Assembly: GCA_903840165.1 (NCBI GenBank)
Contig: CAIMEY010000121.1
Location: 68,738 to 132,737 of the forward strand
Length of the DNA stretch: 64,000 nt
Reading direction: 5' to 3'
Source of the DNA: an uncultured Myxococcales bacterium
GTDB taxonomy: Bacteria; Myxococcota_A; UBA9042
Positions 10,259 to 19,654 of this stretch are shown piece by piece. How positions within the stretch are numbered: position 1 is the first letter of the stretch; each line of letters starts with the position of its first letter. Made by a program: the position numbers and the translations under genes. Under the pieces are notes generated by a model. That model was not told where the DNA came from and did no database searches. It saw only the letters and a program-made list of their open reading frames with translations.

Positions 10259-11506
10259 TCAGCCTTGAGCTGGATCCAGCCAATGCCCCATTCGATCGCG
10301 TTTTGTTTGTAAATACCGGATGTTATCAGCGGTAGGCTGCACAACGATGGGTTCGCGGCGGACAATCTGGATACCGAGCTGCCGCAAGGCCGTGATCTTG
10401 TGAGGATTATTGGTCAGCAAGGCGATTTCGGTCATGTCCAGGTCGCGCAGGATCTGGGCCGCCACGGCGTAGTCGCGCTCATCGGGTGCAAAGCCAAGCT
10501 GCAGATTGGCATCGACAGTATCGGAGCCCTGGTCCTGCAGTGCATAGGCGCGAATCTTTTGGACAAGTCCAATGCCCCGCCCTTCTTGGCGCAGGTAGAC
10601 GATGGCGCCATGGCCGTACTTGGCTATTCTCTCCATCGATTCAGCTAGTTGCGCGCCACAGTCGCAGCGGCGCGAATGCAAAATGTCGCCAGTCAGGCAC
10701 TGACTATGCAGGCGGACCAGAGGCACACTACCTACGGCCCGCTCGGGCGAATCGCGCAGCAGGGCGATGTGGCTCTCTCCATCAATATCGCTTTCATAAA
10801 TGCGGATTTGGAAGGGTCCCTGCTGCGTTTCGACAGGCCCCTCGGACACGACGTGGACCAGGCGCTCATGGTGCGTGCGGTAGGCGACGACCTGACTCAC
10901 GCGAACCATGGGCCAACCTCTTACCTCGCAAAAACGTTCCGCATTTTCCGGCAACAATGGGTCCAGACCGTCCAGCACGTGACTCACGGCCGCGCAAGGC
11001 TGCAATCCGGCTAGCAAAGTGAGGTCATGGGCCGCCTCAGGGCCATAGGCGCGCTCGAGGCAGCCGCGAATTGGCACCAAAATCGGCATGATATGGCCGG
11101 GTCGGACAAAGTCAGCAGCCGTTGCCGCCGGATCAGCCGCAAGCTGGACGGTCAATGAGCGGTCAGCGGCTGAAATTCCAGTGGAAGTACCACGCGCTGC
11201 TTCAATGCTGATGCCGTAGCGTGGCAGACTAGCGGGTGCTCGCTTGCGCTCCAAGGCTTGGCAATGCAAGGCATCGGCGCGGGCAAAGGTCATCGTCGCG
11301 CCGACAATCCCGCGGGCATGGGTCGCGAGTTCATTGACTACGGCGGCCGTGGCGTACTGCCCGGGCAATGCGGCAAAGACGCTGCCACCATCGGAGACAT
11401 CCTCGACCACGACGACTATTTTTCCCTGACGGACCGCGTGAAGGGCTCTTTCCACCGCCACATCGGCAGGGTCAGGCGGGGGCTGGATCTGAGAATCGCT
11501 GGACAA
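10259..11506 (-). CDS. ribBA: Bifunctional 3,4-dihydroxy-2-butanone-4-phosphate synthase / GTP cyclohydrolase II
   Basis: The RibB half is present (GTSTGISAADRSLTV..RPGHIMPI). The RibA half is present (HSQCLTGDILHSRRCDCGAQL..RQEGRGIGLVQKIRAYALQDQGSDTVDANLQLG). Confidence 0.9.
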   Translation of the reverse strand: MSSDSQIQPPPDPADVAVERALHAVRQGKIVVVVEDVSDGGSVFAALPGQYATAAVVNELATHARGIVGATMTFARADALHCQALERKRAPASLPRYGISIEAARGTSTGISAADRSLTVQLAADPAATAADFVRPGHIMPILVPIRGCLERAYGPEAAHDLTLLAGLQPCAAVSHVLDGLDPLLPENAERFCEVRGWPMVRVSQVVAYRTHHERLVHVVSEGPVETQQGPFQIRIYESDIDGESHIALLRDSPERAVGSVPLVRLHSQCLTGDILHSRRCDCGAQLAESMERIAKYGHGAIVYLRQEGRGIGLVQKIRAYALQDQGSDTVDANLQLGFAPDERDYAVAAQILRDLDMTEIALLTNNPHKITALRQLGIQIVRREPIVVQPTADNIRYLQTKRDRMGHWLDPAQG

Positions 11507-11604
11507 AGGAGCCTCCGGGGCGGCAGGGGCAGGTATTGTCCGCAGGCGGCTAGGGCAGTGTCAACCCGATGGCCGGTCATGGGCGCTCGAATCCTGGGAT
11601 ACGC

Positions 11605-11618
11605 ACTTGTATACAAGT
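11605..11618. promoter_or_regulatory. Perfect 14-bp AT-rich palindrome ACTTGTATACAAGT ~100 bp upstream of ribBA; candidate operator
   Basis: The palindrome was read directly in the sequence. It is the only strongly AT-rich dyad in the 620-bp ribBA/yebC intergenic region. Confidence 0.3.
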
Positions 11619-12129
11619 AGTTTAAGGGGGATGTGCAGTCAGCTTGGCGCGCGACACACGCCAAAAATCCGCAAGCCCCTGGGCCATCAGCTGCAGCGGC
11701 GCGATCGGCTGCGTTTGGCTGAGGCTTTCCGCCGCTCTGAGCCTCTGCTACCATTTGGCCCCCGCAGGATCGCCACGATTGTGTCGACGGTGGGCAAAAC
11801 CATTGAAGTTTCCATGCGTTCTCCCTTGTCCTCGCTGACAATCGCAGGGCGCCGCGGCGGGCATTCGGGCCTGCAGAACGATCAAGGTCAGGGTCAGCGT
11901 GTTCGCCAGGATTGGTCACCCTAGGCTGGCCTAGATCCCAGCATCCGCAGCAGCGAATGGCGGCGATCGAGTCCACGAACCGATTGAAATACAAGGAACT
12001 TACCCGCAACGTGCCTGCAAAAATTCCATCCATTTCGCCTGCTGCTCGCGCCTTGGCCCGGTCAGCGGACGGCCTTTGCGATGAATGGACCACCCCAGCA
12101 GGACCAGCCCCAAGCCAAGGTGTGCGTCG

Positions 12130-12876
12130 ATGAGCGGTCACAATAAATGGAGTACGATCAAGCACAAGAAGGGCAAAGCGGACGCCGTGCGCGGCCGAAT
12201 CTTCACCAAGCTGATCAAGGAAATCACCATCGCAGCGCGGCTCGGAGGCGGTGACGCCGCTGGCAATCCCCGCTTGCGCAAAGCGGTTTCGGACGCGCGG
12301 GCCAACAACATGCCCATCGAGAACATCGGGCGCGCGATCAAGAAGGGTACGGGCGAACTCGAGGGCGTGGCCTACGAGGAAGTCACCTACGAGGGCTATG
12401 GTCCCGGAGGTACGGCGATTTTGGTCGATGTCATGACCGACAATCGCAACCGATCGATCACCGATGTGCGCATCGTCTTCAACAAGATCGGTGGCAAGAT
12501 TGCCGAGCCCGGGGCTGTGTCGTACTTGTTCAGCACTGTCGGCCAAATCTTCATTGATAAGACCAAGATGGGCGAGGACGAGATGATGATGACGGCCCTG
12601 GACGCCGGTGCCTCCGACGTCAGCGATGACGGGGAACAATGGCTTATTACCACTGATTACGCAGACTTGTGGACCGTGCGCGAGAAGCTGGAAGGCCTGG
12701 GCCTAGTGGTGGCGGATTCCAAGATTGCCAAGGTGTCGTCGACCACCATCGAACTCAGCGGCAAGGATGCGGAACAGGCGATGCGGATTGTCGATGCGCT
12801 GGACGACTTGGACGACGTGCAAAACGTGTGGTCCAACTTCGACATCGACGACGAAACCGCCGCGCAGCTCAGTTAA
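12130..12876 (+). CDS. yebC: YebC/PmpR family DNA-binding transcriptional regulator
   Basis: The N-terminus MSGHNKWSTIKHKKGKADAVRGRIFTKLIKEI is the canonical YebC signature, and the full ~248 aa length is present. Confidence 0.9.
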   Translation: MSGHNKWSTIKHKKGKADAVRGRIFTKLIKEITIAARLGGGDAAGNPRLRKAVSDARANNMPIENIGRAIKKGTGELEGVAYEEVTYEGYGPGGTAILVDVMTDNRNRSITDVRIVFNKIGGKIAEPGAVSYLFSTVGQIFIDKTKMGEDEMMMTALDAGASDVSDDGEQWLITTDYADLWTVREKLEGLGLVVADSKIAKVSSTTIELSGKDAEQAMRIVDALDDLDDVQNVWSNFDIDDETAAQLS

Positions 12877-13053
12877 CGCCTGAGGCGGAATCCCTGCGAC
12901 GCAGTCCTGCACCGGTTGGGGCGCGCCGGGCTGTTTGGAGTTATTTCAGGCAGTTTGACGCGCTGTTCTGTGCCACCATCGTTGTCACTGGACCTAGACC
13001 GAGCGCACCGGTCGATGACGAGCTCAGCTGTCCGGCGACGGCAGGAGTATCCC

Positions 13054-14007
13054 ATGAAAATGGTTGAGTTTTCGCGGACACGCACGGCATCCTGGTTGGG
13101 TCTGCTGACCGTCACGGCACTGGCGGCTCCGCTTTCGGGCTGCAAGGGCTGCGGGCAACCGCCTGCGCTGCCTGCACAAACGCCGGACAAGGCCGCCTCC
13201 CCGGGCAAGGTCGTGGCGCTGCCCAAGGCTGCGACCGAAACAGGCCTTCCTGCGGCCAATTCGCCCAGTGATTTACCCACTTATCCAGGACCACGTTCGG
13301 AGTCGGTGGACCATTACCGCATCACCACGGGCTTTGCCAACAACCAGGGCGAGCCCCTGCCCCAGCCGGTAGCCCTTGAGAAGAATCAGGTTTACGCCTC
13401 GGTGCTGGCTCCAGACGGCCATCCGATTGGTCAGCTGGATCGGTTAGAACGGGGTGATATGCATGGCTTTTTGCTCGCCCGAGACCTGCGCCAAGCCCTG
13501 TACGCCCGCGCCGATGGACCGGTCAAGTCGGGGGCCGACGCTCGACAGCTGAACTTTGAACCGCGTGAAGGCGGCGAACATGCCCTGATCACAGTGTTTC
13601 GCATCCCAGGCCAGAGGGCCCGCGCCGTTTCGGCCCCCGTGGCGATCAAAGGGGCGCTGCCGGAAGTGGTCGGTCCGGGCCTTGGCAGCCTGGGTAACCG
13701 CGCGAAAGCAGGGCACGATTTGCTGCAGATCAACACAGATCCCGTTGAGCCTGTCTTTGGCAAGCCGGTCCTGATCACGGCGCAGGATTTCGACGAAAAA
13801 GGGGCGATGCGCGGCGAGGTCGTTCTGCCCTTTGTCGTTATTTTCAATGACCAAATGGGGTGGGGCGAAGTCGTTGAGTGGCAAGCTGGGGGCAAAGGTG
13901 TCTGGACCCCTCCGCAAGCCGGCGATTTTCTTGTGCTTGCCCCGCCGACGCAGGGTTCCCAAGCCCTGACCTTCCGCTTGCATGTGGCACCGGCCAAGGC
14001 GCCGTAG
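13054..14007 (+). CDS. Hypothetical lipoprotein
   Basis: The signal peptide with lipobox (LAAPLSGC) starts at MKMVEF with AGGAG 5 nt upstream. No family was recognised. Confidence 0.5.
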   Translation: MKMVEFSRTRTASWLGLLTVTALAAPLSGCKGCGQPPALPAQTPDKAASPGKVVALPKAATETGLPAANSPSDLPTYPGPRSESVDHYRITTGFANNQGEPLPQPVALEKNQVYASVLAPDGHPIGQLDRLERGDMHGFLLARDLRQALYARADGPVKSGADARQLNFEPREGGEHALITVFRIPGQRARAVSAPVAIKGALPEVVGPGLGSLGNRAKAGHDLLQINTDPVEPVFGKPVLITAQDFDEKGAMRGEVVLPFVVIFNDQMGWGEVVEWQAGGKGVWTPPQAGDFLVLAPPTQGSQALTFRLHVAPAKAP

Positions 14008-14037
14008 GGCTTGGCGCAGCAAGGACATAGACGAACG

Positions 14038-15354
14038 ATGCAACCCTCTGAAAATCATGATGATTCTCTGTTCGACGACTTGGTCGCCCGCGGCCTGCTC
14101 TACCAGGTGACGGACCCTGCGCTGGCCAAGCAGGCCCTGCGCCGCAATGGCAACCTCGCGGTCTATATCGGTTTTGATCCGACCGCCTCGAGCCTGCACG
14201 TCGGTTCACTGTTACAAATCACGCTCTTGCGTCGCCTGCAGGATTGGGGACATCACCCCTTGGCGGTGGTAGGCGGTGGCACCGGGCTTATCGGCGATCC
14301 CAGCGGTAAGTCCGCAGAACGCAAGCTACTTGATCGACCCACCTTGGACGGCCATGTCGCGGCCATTCGCGCCCAGTTGAGTCAATTCCTGGACTTTGAC
14401 GCGGGCCGGGCCGAGTTGATCGACAACCACACGTGGCTGGGCGAAGTCAACTTGCTGGAATTCCTACGAGATATTGGCAAGCACTTTAGCGTCAACGCCA
14501 TGATCGCCCGCGATTCCGTGCGCACCCGGCTGGAGACCCGCGATCAGGGCATCAGCTTCACGGAATTTAGCTATATGCTCCTACAAGCATATGACTTTCT
14601 TGAGCTTTACCGTCGGCACAGCTGCCGCGCTCAGTTTGGCGGCTCCGATCAGTGGGGCAACATCGTTTCGGGCACCGACCTCATCGATCGCATGGCCGCG
14701 CCGAGCGACAGTCAACGCGCCTTTGGCCTGACGGTGCCTCTGATCACCATGAAATCGGGGCAGAAATTCGGCAAGACCGAAGAAGGCACCGTTTGGCTCG
14801 ACCCGCAACTAACTAGTCCCTATCGCTTTTACCAGTTTTGGCTCGGTGCCGATGATGAGGACGTGCTGCGTTGGCTTCCAGCCTTTTCCCTGAGACCTTT
14901 CGCGCAGTTGCAGCCTATTCTTGAGGAACAGCGCATTGCGCCTCACCTGCGTCCGGCGCAAAAGGCCTTGGCTGCGGAGCTGACCTCGCTGGTTCACGGC
15001 GCAGAGGCGTGCCAGCAAGTCCAAGCAGCAACAGCGGTTCTCTTTGGCGGCGACCCCAAGGACCTGAGCCTTGAGGCCCTGTCCATGCTGGAGGCCGAAC
15101 TGCCGACATTTCACGGGCAAGAACGTGAAATAACCTTGCAATCTCTGCTGGTTGGTTCCGAGCCAGGGCGCGCTTTTGCCAGCAATGGGGAAGCCCGTCG
15201 GGCCATGCAGGCCAACTCCGTCTCCATCAATGGCCATAAAATTGCAGGCGAATTAGCGTCATTGCTGCCGCCGGCGACTTTGCTGCACGACCGCTACGCC
15301 TTGATTCGCGTAGGCAAGAAGCAGTTTTTCCTTGCGATTTTGCCGCAGGCCTAG
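14038..15354 (+). CDS. tyrS: Tyrosine--tRNA ligase
   Basis: The class I HIGH-like region is present (GFDPTASSLHVGSL), followed by the KMSKS-like KFGKT motif and a C-terminal S4-like region. Confidence 0.9.
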   Translation: MQPSENHDDSLFDDLVARGLLYQVTDPALAKQALRRNGNLAVYIGFDPTASSLHVGSLLQITLLRRLQDWGHHPLAVVGGGTGLIGDPSGKSAERKLLDRPTLDGHVAAIRAQLSQFLDFDAGRAELIDNHTWLGEVNLLEFLRDIGKHFSVNAMIARDSVRTRLETRDQGISFTEFSYMLLQAYDFLELYRRHSCRAQFGGSDQWGNIVSGTDLIDRMAAPSDSQRAFGLTVPLITMKSGQKFGKTEEGTVWLDPQLTSPYRFYQFWLGADDEDVLRWLPAFSLRPFAQLQPILEEQRIAPHLRPAQKALAAELTSLVHGAEACQQVQAATAVLFGGDPKDLSLEALSMLEAELPTFHGQEREITLQSLLVGSEPGRAFASNGEARRAMQANSVSINGHKIAGELASLLPPATLLHDRYALIRVGKKQFFLAILPQA

Positions 15355-15402
15355 AGCCCAGACAGCTGGGGCCTCGCCCGACCGCCTAGGGGCACAGCGA
15401 AG

Positions 15403-16011
15403 ATGCCGGTGAACGACAAAGCTCCGTTAGAATGCGAGGTTCTGCGCGACCTGCTGAGACAGGCCTTGGCCGTGCCGCACCAGCTGATGGACCCGGGCGG
15501 CGATCGGCGTTCGGCGGTGCTCCTGCCCTTTGTCGTGCGACCGCGTGGGGTCCAGGTTGTGTTCGTGCGCAAGGGCAAACACCTAGCCAAGCACGCAGGA
15601 CAACTTGGTTTTCCCGGCGGAGGGCTTGAAATCGGTGAATCAGCTTTGCAGGCAGCGCTGCGCGAGGCTGAGGAAGAAATCGCCCTGCCCCGGCAATCTG
15701 TTGAAATTCTTGGACAACTCGACGACGATCGCACTTTTGCCACCACCTACCACATCGCGCCGCTGATCGGCTGGATCGCGCAGCCTCCCGCCATTTTTCA
15801 TTGTGATCCCGGTGAGATAGCTTCCGTGCACGAGGTCGACGCTTGGTCCGTCCTGCGCGCCGAACCGATGTCGTGGCTGGAATGGCGCATCCTGGGCGTC
15901 ACGCTACGGGCGCCCCGCTACCGCCTAGTCGATAGTCAGGGCGAGGCGCTGATTCTGTGGGGTGCCTCGGCGCGCATTGTGCGAAACCTGCAGGAACGCG
16001 CTGATTGGTAA
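15403..16011 (+). CDS. NUDIX hydrolase, CoA pyrophosphatase (NudL-like)
   Basis: A Nudix box is present (GFPGGGLEIGESALQAALREAEEEIAL), with a CoA-pyrophosphatase-type N-terminal context. Confidence 0.7.
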   Translation: MPVNDKAPLECEVLRDLLRQALAVPHQLMDPGGDRRSAVLLPFVVRPRGVQVVFVRKGKHLAKHAGQLGFPGGGLEIGESALQAALREAEEEIALPRQSVEILGQLDDDRTFATTYHIAPLIGWIAQPPAIFHCDPGEIASVHEVDAWSVLRAEPMSWLEWRILGVTLRAPRYRLVDSQGEALILWGASARIVRNLQERADW

Positions 16012-16143
16012 CGTATTTTCGACTTTCCCTAACGGGTGGAGCACGAGAACCGCCAACTGCGTCATGAGGGCTTGACGCAGCGTGTCATAGGCCGACAATG
16101 CAGGCTCAAGCTGCAGAATCGGTGGCGGCGGCAGAGGGCGAAA

Positions 16144-16821
16144 ATGGGCGAGACGCGGGTGATAAAGCGCTATGCAAATCGCAAGATGTATGACACTTCG
16201 CGCTCGTGCTATGTGACGCTGGAAGAAGTCGCGACCATGGTGCGCGACGGCCACGAAGTGCAAGTTATTGATAATAAAACGAAAGAAGACCTTACCGAAG
16301 TCACGCTGACCCAGGCCCTGCTGGACTCGGAGCGGCGAAACCGCGGGACGGTGCCCCTGCATGGGCTGCGACACCTCATCGCTTCTGGCAATGAATTCCT
16401 ACTCAAGCGCGTGACCGAGCCCGTGACGCGCGCGCGATCGGAGGCCGAGAAGTCGCTGGCGACCTGGAAGGATGAAGCCGGGCGAACGGTCCTCACGTGG
16501 AAGACCGAGGCTGAGAAGCGTGCGGAATCCTTGCTACATCGCACCAAGTTGGAAGGCGAGGAAGGGGGCGCTGCGGTCGACCCGCACTCTGGGCAGACGC
16601 TCAGTCACTTGGCGCAGCAGACCCACCGCGCCGTGGACGACTTTCAACACCGCATAGATGAAGGCATTCGTCACGCCGTGGCTGCGCTGGGCATTATTCG
16701 CGACGATGAAGCGTTGCACCAGTTGCGCATCCAGGTTGAAGCGTTGGAGGGGAGGCTTGCTGTCCTGGAAGGGCGCACAACGCCAAAGGAATCGCCAGAG
16801 GGTGCCGAACAAAAAGGCTGA
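16144..16821 (+). CDS. phaR: Polyhydroxyalkanoate synthesis repressor PhaR
   Basis: The N-terminus VIKRYANRKMYDTSRSCYVTLEEVATMVRDGHEVQVIDNKTKEDLT is the PhaR DNA-binding signature. The C-terminal coiled coil is present. Confidence 0.8.
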   Translation: MGETRVIKRYANRKMYDTSRSCYVTLEEVATMVRDGHEVQVIDNKTKEDLTEVTLTQALLDSERRNRGTVPLHGLRHLIASGNEFLLKRVTEPVTRARSEAEKSLATWKDEAGRTVLTWKTEAEKRAESLLHRTKLEGEEGGAAVDPHSGQTLSHLAQQTHRAVDDFQHRIDEGIRHAVAALGIIRDDEALHQLRIQVEALEGRLAVLEGRTTPKESPEGAEQKG

Positions 16822-16928
16822 GCGCGCGCGGGCCCTTGATTCGCAACTCGATTGGCGCGACGATCACGCCGCCGAGGGTGGCCAATGCCGGCCTTGCCCC
16901 GGGCGCTGACTGGATAATGAGGTAAACA

Positions 16929-17453
16929 ATGAACTGCAATATCAAACGATTGTGTGCGAGCACCCTGGCTAGCGTTGTGGCCCTGAGCCTGTGCGCCGTC
17001 GTGGTGCCGAGCGTGGCAGTGGCCAAAGGCAAGCCCGCGGAACCCAAAGCGGATGAGCCGGTGGTCGACGAGGACACCATTCCCGGTGAAGCCCATGTGG
17101 CGATGAAGGTTCAGTTCGTCAAGTTCACGGTCGACGGCAAAGAGTGGGAAAACTACGAATTCGTCGACGGTGCCAAGACTTTGATCGTCCGCGGCCTCAA
17201 TCGGGCCGACGACCACACCCTGGTGCTCACGCCCCGGGAATCGGGCTTTGACGCCTACTCGCTGACCTTGAAGACCGCGGATTTCAAGAAGACTGTGGTC
17301 AAATCCAAGGGCAATACCAAGACGTTGACCTTCAAGGCTGCGTACCACGTCGATTTTGCCAAGGGCGCCGACAAGAAACCCGACGAGAAGAAGCCCGACG
17401 AGAAGAAGCCGGATGACAAAAAGCCGGACGAGAAGAAGGGCGACGCCAAGTAG
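16929..17453 (+). CDS. Small secreted protein with C-terminal (KKPDE)n repeats
   Basis: A signal peptide is present (MNCNIKRLCASTLASVVALSLCAVVVPSVAVA). GAGG lies 7 nt upstream. The tail reads KKPDEKKPDEKKPDDKKPDEKKGDAK. Confidence 0.55.
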   Translation: MNCNIKRLCASTLASVVALSLCAVVVPSVAVAKGKPAEPKADEPVVDEDTIPGEAHVAMKVQFVKFTVDGKEWENYEFVDGAKTLIVRGLNRADDHTLVLTPRESGFDAYSLTLKTADFKKTVVKSKGNTKTLTFKAAYHVDFAKGADKKPDEKKPDEKKPDDKKPDEKKGDAK

Positions 17454-17567
17454 GCCCAGGCGCAGTTAGGCAAAGCACCCGTATGCGTTGATGCTCTGCC
17501 ATTTTTGGGCACTGCAAAGCGCAGTTGGGTCCCGGGCCGATTTCTCAAAGTCCGTGCGGTAGGAGCC

Positions 17568-18686
17568 ATGAGCAACGACGCCTTGCAGCGTTTGGACGCC
17601 GTTCTACGGTTTGCCTCTGCGCGTAATATCAGCGATTTGCACATCAAGGCCTTGCAACGCCCGGTGTACCGCCGCCACGGCGCTTTGATTTCGCGCAAGG
17701 ACGAGCCCGCGTTTTCCGCCTCAGATTTGGAGGAGTTGCGCGACATTCTCCTGCCCAAGGCTTTGATCCCGGAGTTTAGTGCCCAAGGCGAAGCGACGTT
17801 CTGCTATGGCCTAGTCGGCGGCGGCCAATTCCGCATGACGGTGCTGCAACAGGCCGGAATTCCTGCGATCGCCGCGCGCGTGCTTGCCACCAAGGTGACC
17901 AATCTGCGCGAGCTGAACCTGCCGAAACACTTTGGCAATTGGGCCTTGGCACCTGGAGGCCTTGTGCTGATTGCGGGCGCGGCCGGCTCCGGGCGCAGTT
18001 CGCTGTGGGCGGCCTTGATCGACCACGTCAATACCTCGGCCCCGTCGACGCGGCACGTGCTGGCCCTGCAAAGTCCCATTGAGGCCAACTTTGACGATCG
18101 CGTCGCCTTTTTGCGCCAGCGGCAAATTGGCACAGATTGTCCTGACTTAGCAAGTGCTTTGCGCTCTGCGGCGCGCCTAGACTGCGATCTGGTTGCCATC
18201 GATGCTGTGGCACCCAGGTTGCTGGAACAGGCCTTGGACGTTGCGGATGCCGGGCCGACTGTGCTCATGGTGGTGCCGGGCACGGGGCCAATTGAAGCGC
18301 TGCGGCGGTTGCTCGACGACAGTGACCCTGTCCACCGCGAGGTGCTGCGTCAACGTTTGACAGGCCGCCTGCGGGCCGTCGTTTCGCAAACCCTGATTCC
18401 TACGCAGGATGGGCAGTCGCGCGTGCCTGCGGTCCAAGCCTTGGTGGCGACGGCACCGGTGCAGGAAGTGCTGCGCGGCGGCCACGACCTCGAGCTGCTG
18501 CGCAACGTCATGGAACAAGGGCGAGCCTGGGGAATGGTGACGATCGACCAGTCTCTGGCGGAGTTGGTGTCGGCCGGCCAGATTTCTTTGGAAGTTGGCC
18601 TGCAGTACGCGCACTCGCCGGAGCAAATGCGCAGTAAGATTGGCCATGTTCGCCCCGGTGCGACCGGCTTGACGGAGATTCTCTAG
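17568..18686 (+). CDS. PilT/PilU-family protein with degenerate ATPase motifs (likely pseudo-ATPase)
   Basis: The PilT N-terminus is present (..ASARNISDLHIKA). Walker A reads GAAGSGRSS (Lys to Arg). The Walker B/Glu region reads IDAVAP instead of GEMRD. The His box is lost (VVPGT instead of GTLHT). Confidence 0.7.
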   Translation: MSNDALQRLDAVLRFASARNISDLHIKALQRPVYRRHGALISRKDEPAFSASDLEELRDILLPKALIPEFSAQGEATFCYGLVGGGQFRMTVLQQAGIPAIAARVLATKVTNLRELNLPKHFGNWALAPGGLVLIAGAAGSGRSSLWAALIDHVNTSAPSTRHVLALQSPIEANFDDRVAFLRQRQIGTDCPDLASALRSAARLDCDLVAIDAVAPRLLEQALDVADAGPTVLMVVPGTGPIEALRRLLDDSDPVHREVLRQRLTGRLRAVVSQTLIPTQDGQSRVPAVQALVATAPVQEVLRGGHDLELLRNVMEQGRAWGMVTIDQSLAELVSAGQISLEVGLQYAHSPEQMRSKIGHVRPGATGLTEIL

Positions 18687-18727
18687 CCGCCCCTTTTCGG
18701 CAAGAGACGGGAAACGACGCAGCAGGC

Positions 18728-19591
18728 TTGACCTCAGACGGGGTTTTGCACAGAATTCCGGCCCCTCGCGCGGCGACCTTTGCCGGTCCAACCGACGCGC
18801 CAACGCGGAGCTTGACCGTGGCCAAGACGACGAAAAAGACCGATGCCGTTGCCCCCAACTCGACGGGCGGCAGCGTAAACGACACACCTGAAATCAGTGT
18901 CGTAATCCCATGTTACAATGAAGAGGCCATCCTGTGGTCCTCGGCAGCGGAACTGCACGCAGGCCTCAAGGTGATAGGTCGCAGCTTTGAGATTCTCATC
19001 AGCGAGAACGGCAGCAAGGACGATACTCGGGCGATTGCCGAGAAATTGAGTCGCGCTTTCCCGGAGATCCGTGCCGTCACCTCCGACGAGCCCAACTACG
19101 GCAAGGCCCTGCGGCGCGGCATCGAATCGGCCCGTGGCCACTACGTGTTCTGTGACGAAATCGACTTGTGCGACCTGGACTTCTACCGCCGCGCATTGGT
19201 GATTCTCGACGAGGGGCGCGCCGACCTGGTCGTCGGGTCTAAGGCCCATCCGGATGCCAAGGACGAGCGGCCCATGACCCGGCGCGCGGCGACCATGGTG
19301 ATGAACGGTTTGCTCCGTGTTTTGCTGGGCTTTCACGGCACCGATACCCACGGTCTCAAGGCCTTTGTGCGTGAGAAGCTGGTGTTTACGGTCGACAAGT
19401 GCGTGGTCGACAAGGACCTTTTTGCCTCTGAACTGGTCGTCCGGGCGCAGCGCTACAAGGTGCGGATCACGGAAATTCCGATTCAAATTCATGAGAAACG
19501 TCCTCCCAGCATTCACTTGTTCAAGCGCGTACCCAATGTGCTGAAGAACTTGGCCAAGCTGGTGTACGTGGTGCGCATTGCCAACCGCTGA
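18728..19591 (+). CDS. Family 2 glycosyltransferase (Dpm1/polyprenol-phosphate glycosyltransferase-like)
   Basis: The GT2 signature is present (ISVVIPCYNEE..ILISENGSKDDT); a DxD region follows. The start is uncertain. Confidence 0.7.
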   Translation: MTSDGVLHRIPAPRAATFAGPTDAPTRSLTVAKTTKKTDAVAPNSTGGSVNDTPEISVVIPCYNEEAILWSSAAELHAGLKVIGRSFEILISENGSKDDTRAIAEKLSRAFPEIRAVTSDEPNYGKALRRGIESARGHYVFCDEIDLCDLDFYRRALVILDEGRADLVVGSKAHPDAKDERPMTRRAATMVMNGLLRVLLGFHGTDTHGLKAFVREKLVFTVDKCVVDKDLFASELVVRAQRYKVRITEIPIQIHEKRPPSIHLFKRVPNVLKNLAKLVYVVRIANR

Positions 19592-19654
19592 TCGCGGCGA
19601 GCGCCTGGGATGCTAAGGCATCGAGCAAAGACAGAACAAAGACAGGGAGTTGCT

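Noticed and set aside
11581-11600. tRNA-like TCGAATCC (T-loop-like) sequence
   Set aside because: No complementary T-stem, no acceptor-stem pairing and no cloverleaf could be built around it.
11507-11640. FMN riboswitch upstream of ribBA
   Set aside because: By eye the conserved RFN-element cores are not present on the ribBA-sense strand. This needs cmsearch to be definitive.
11416-12639. 407-aa minus-strand ORF spanning the ribBA-yebC intergenic region and the 5' half of yebC
   Set aside because: It is antisense to the unmistakable yebC gene. The product is low-complexity and Arg/Gly/Ala-rich with no recognisable fold. This is typical of shadow ORFs in GC-rich DNA.
13444-14199. 251-aa minus-strand ORF
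   Set aside because: It is antisense to the lipoprotein gene and to the 5' end of tyrS. It has no recognisable domains.
16671-17348. 225-aa minus-strand ORF overlapping phaR 3' end and the KKPDE-repeat gene
   Set aside because: It is antisense to two genes with good RBSs and signals. It is Gly/Arg-rich and featureless.
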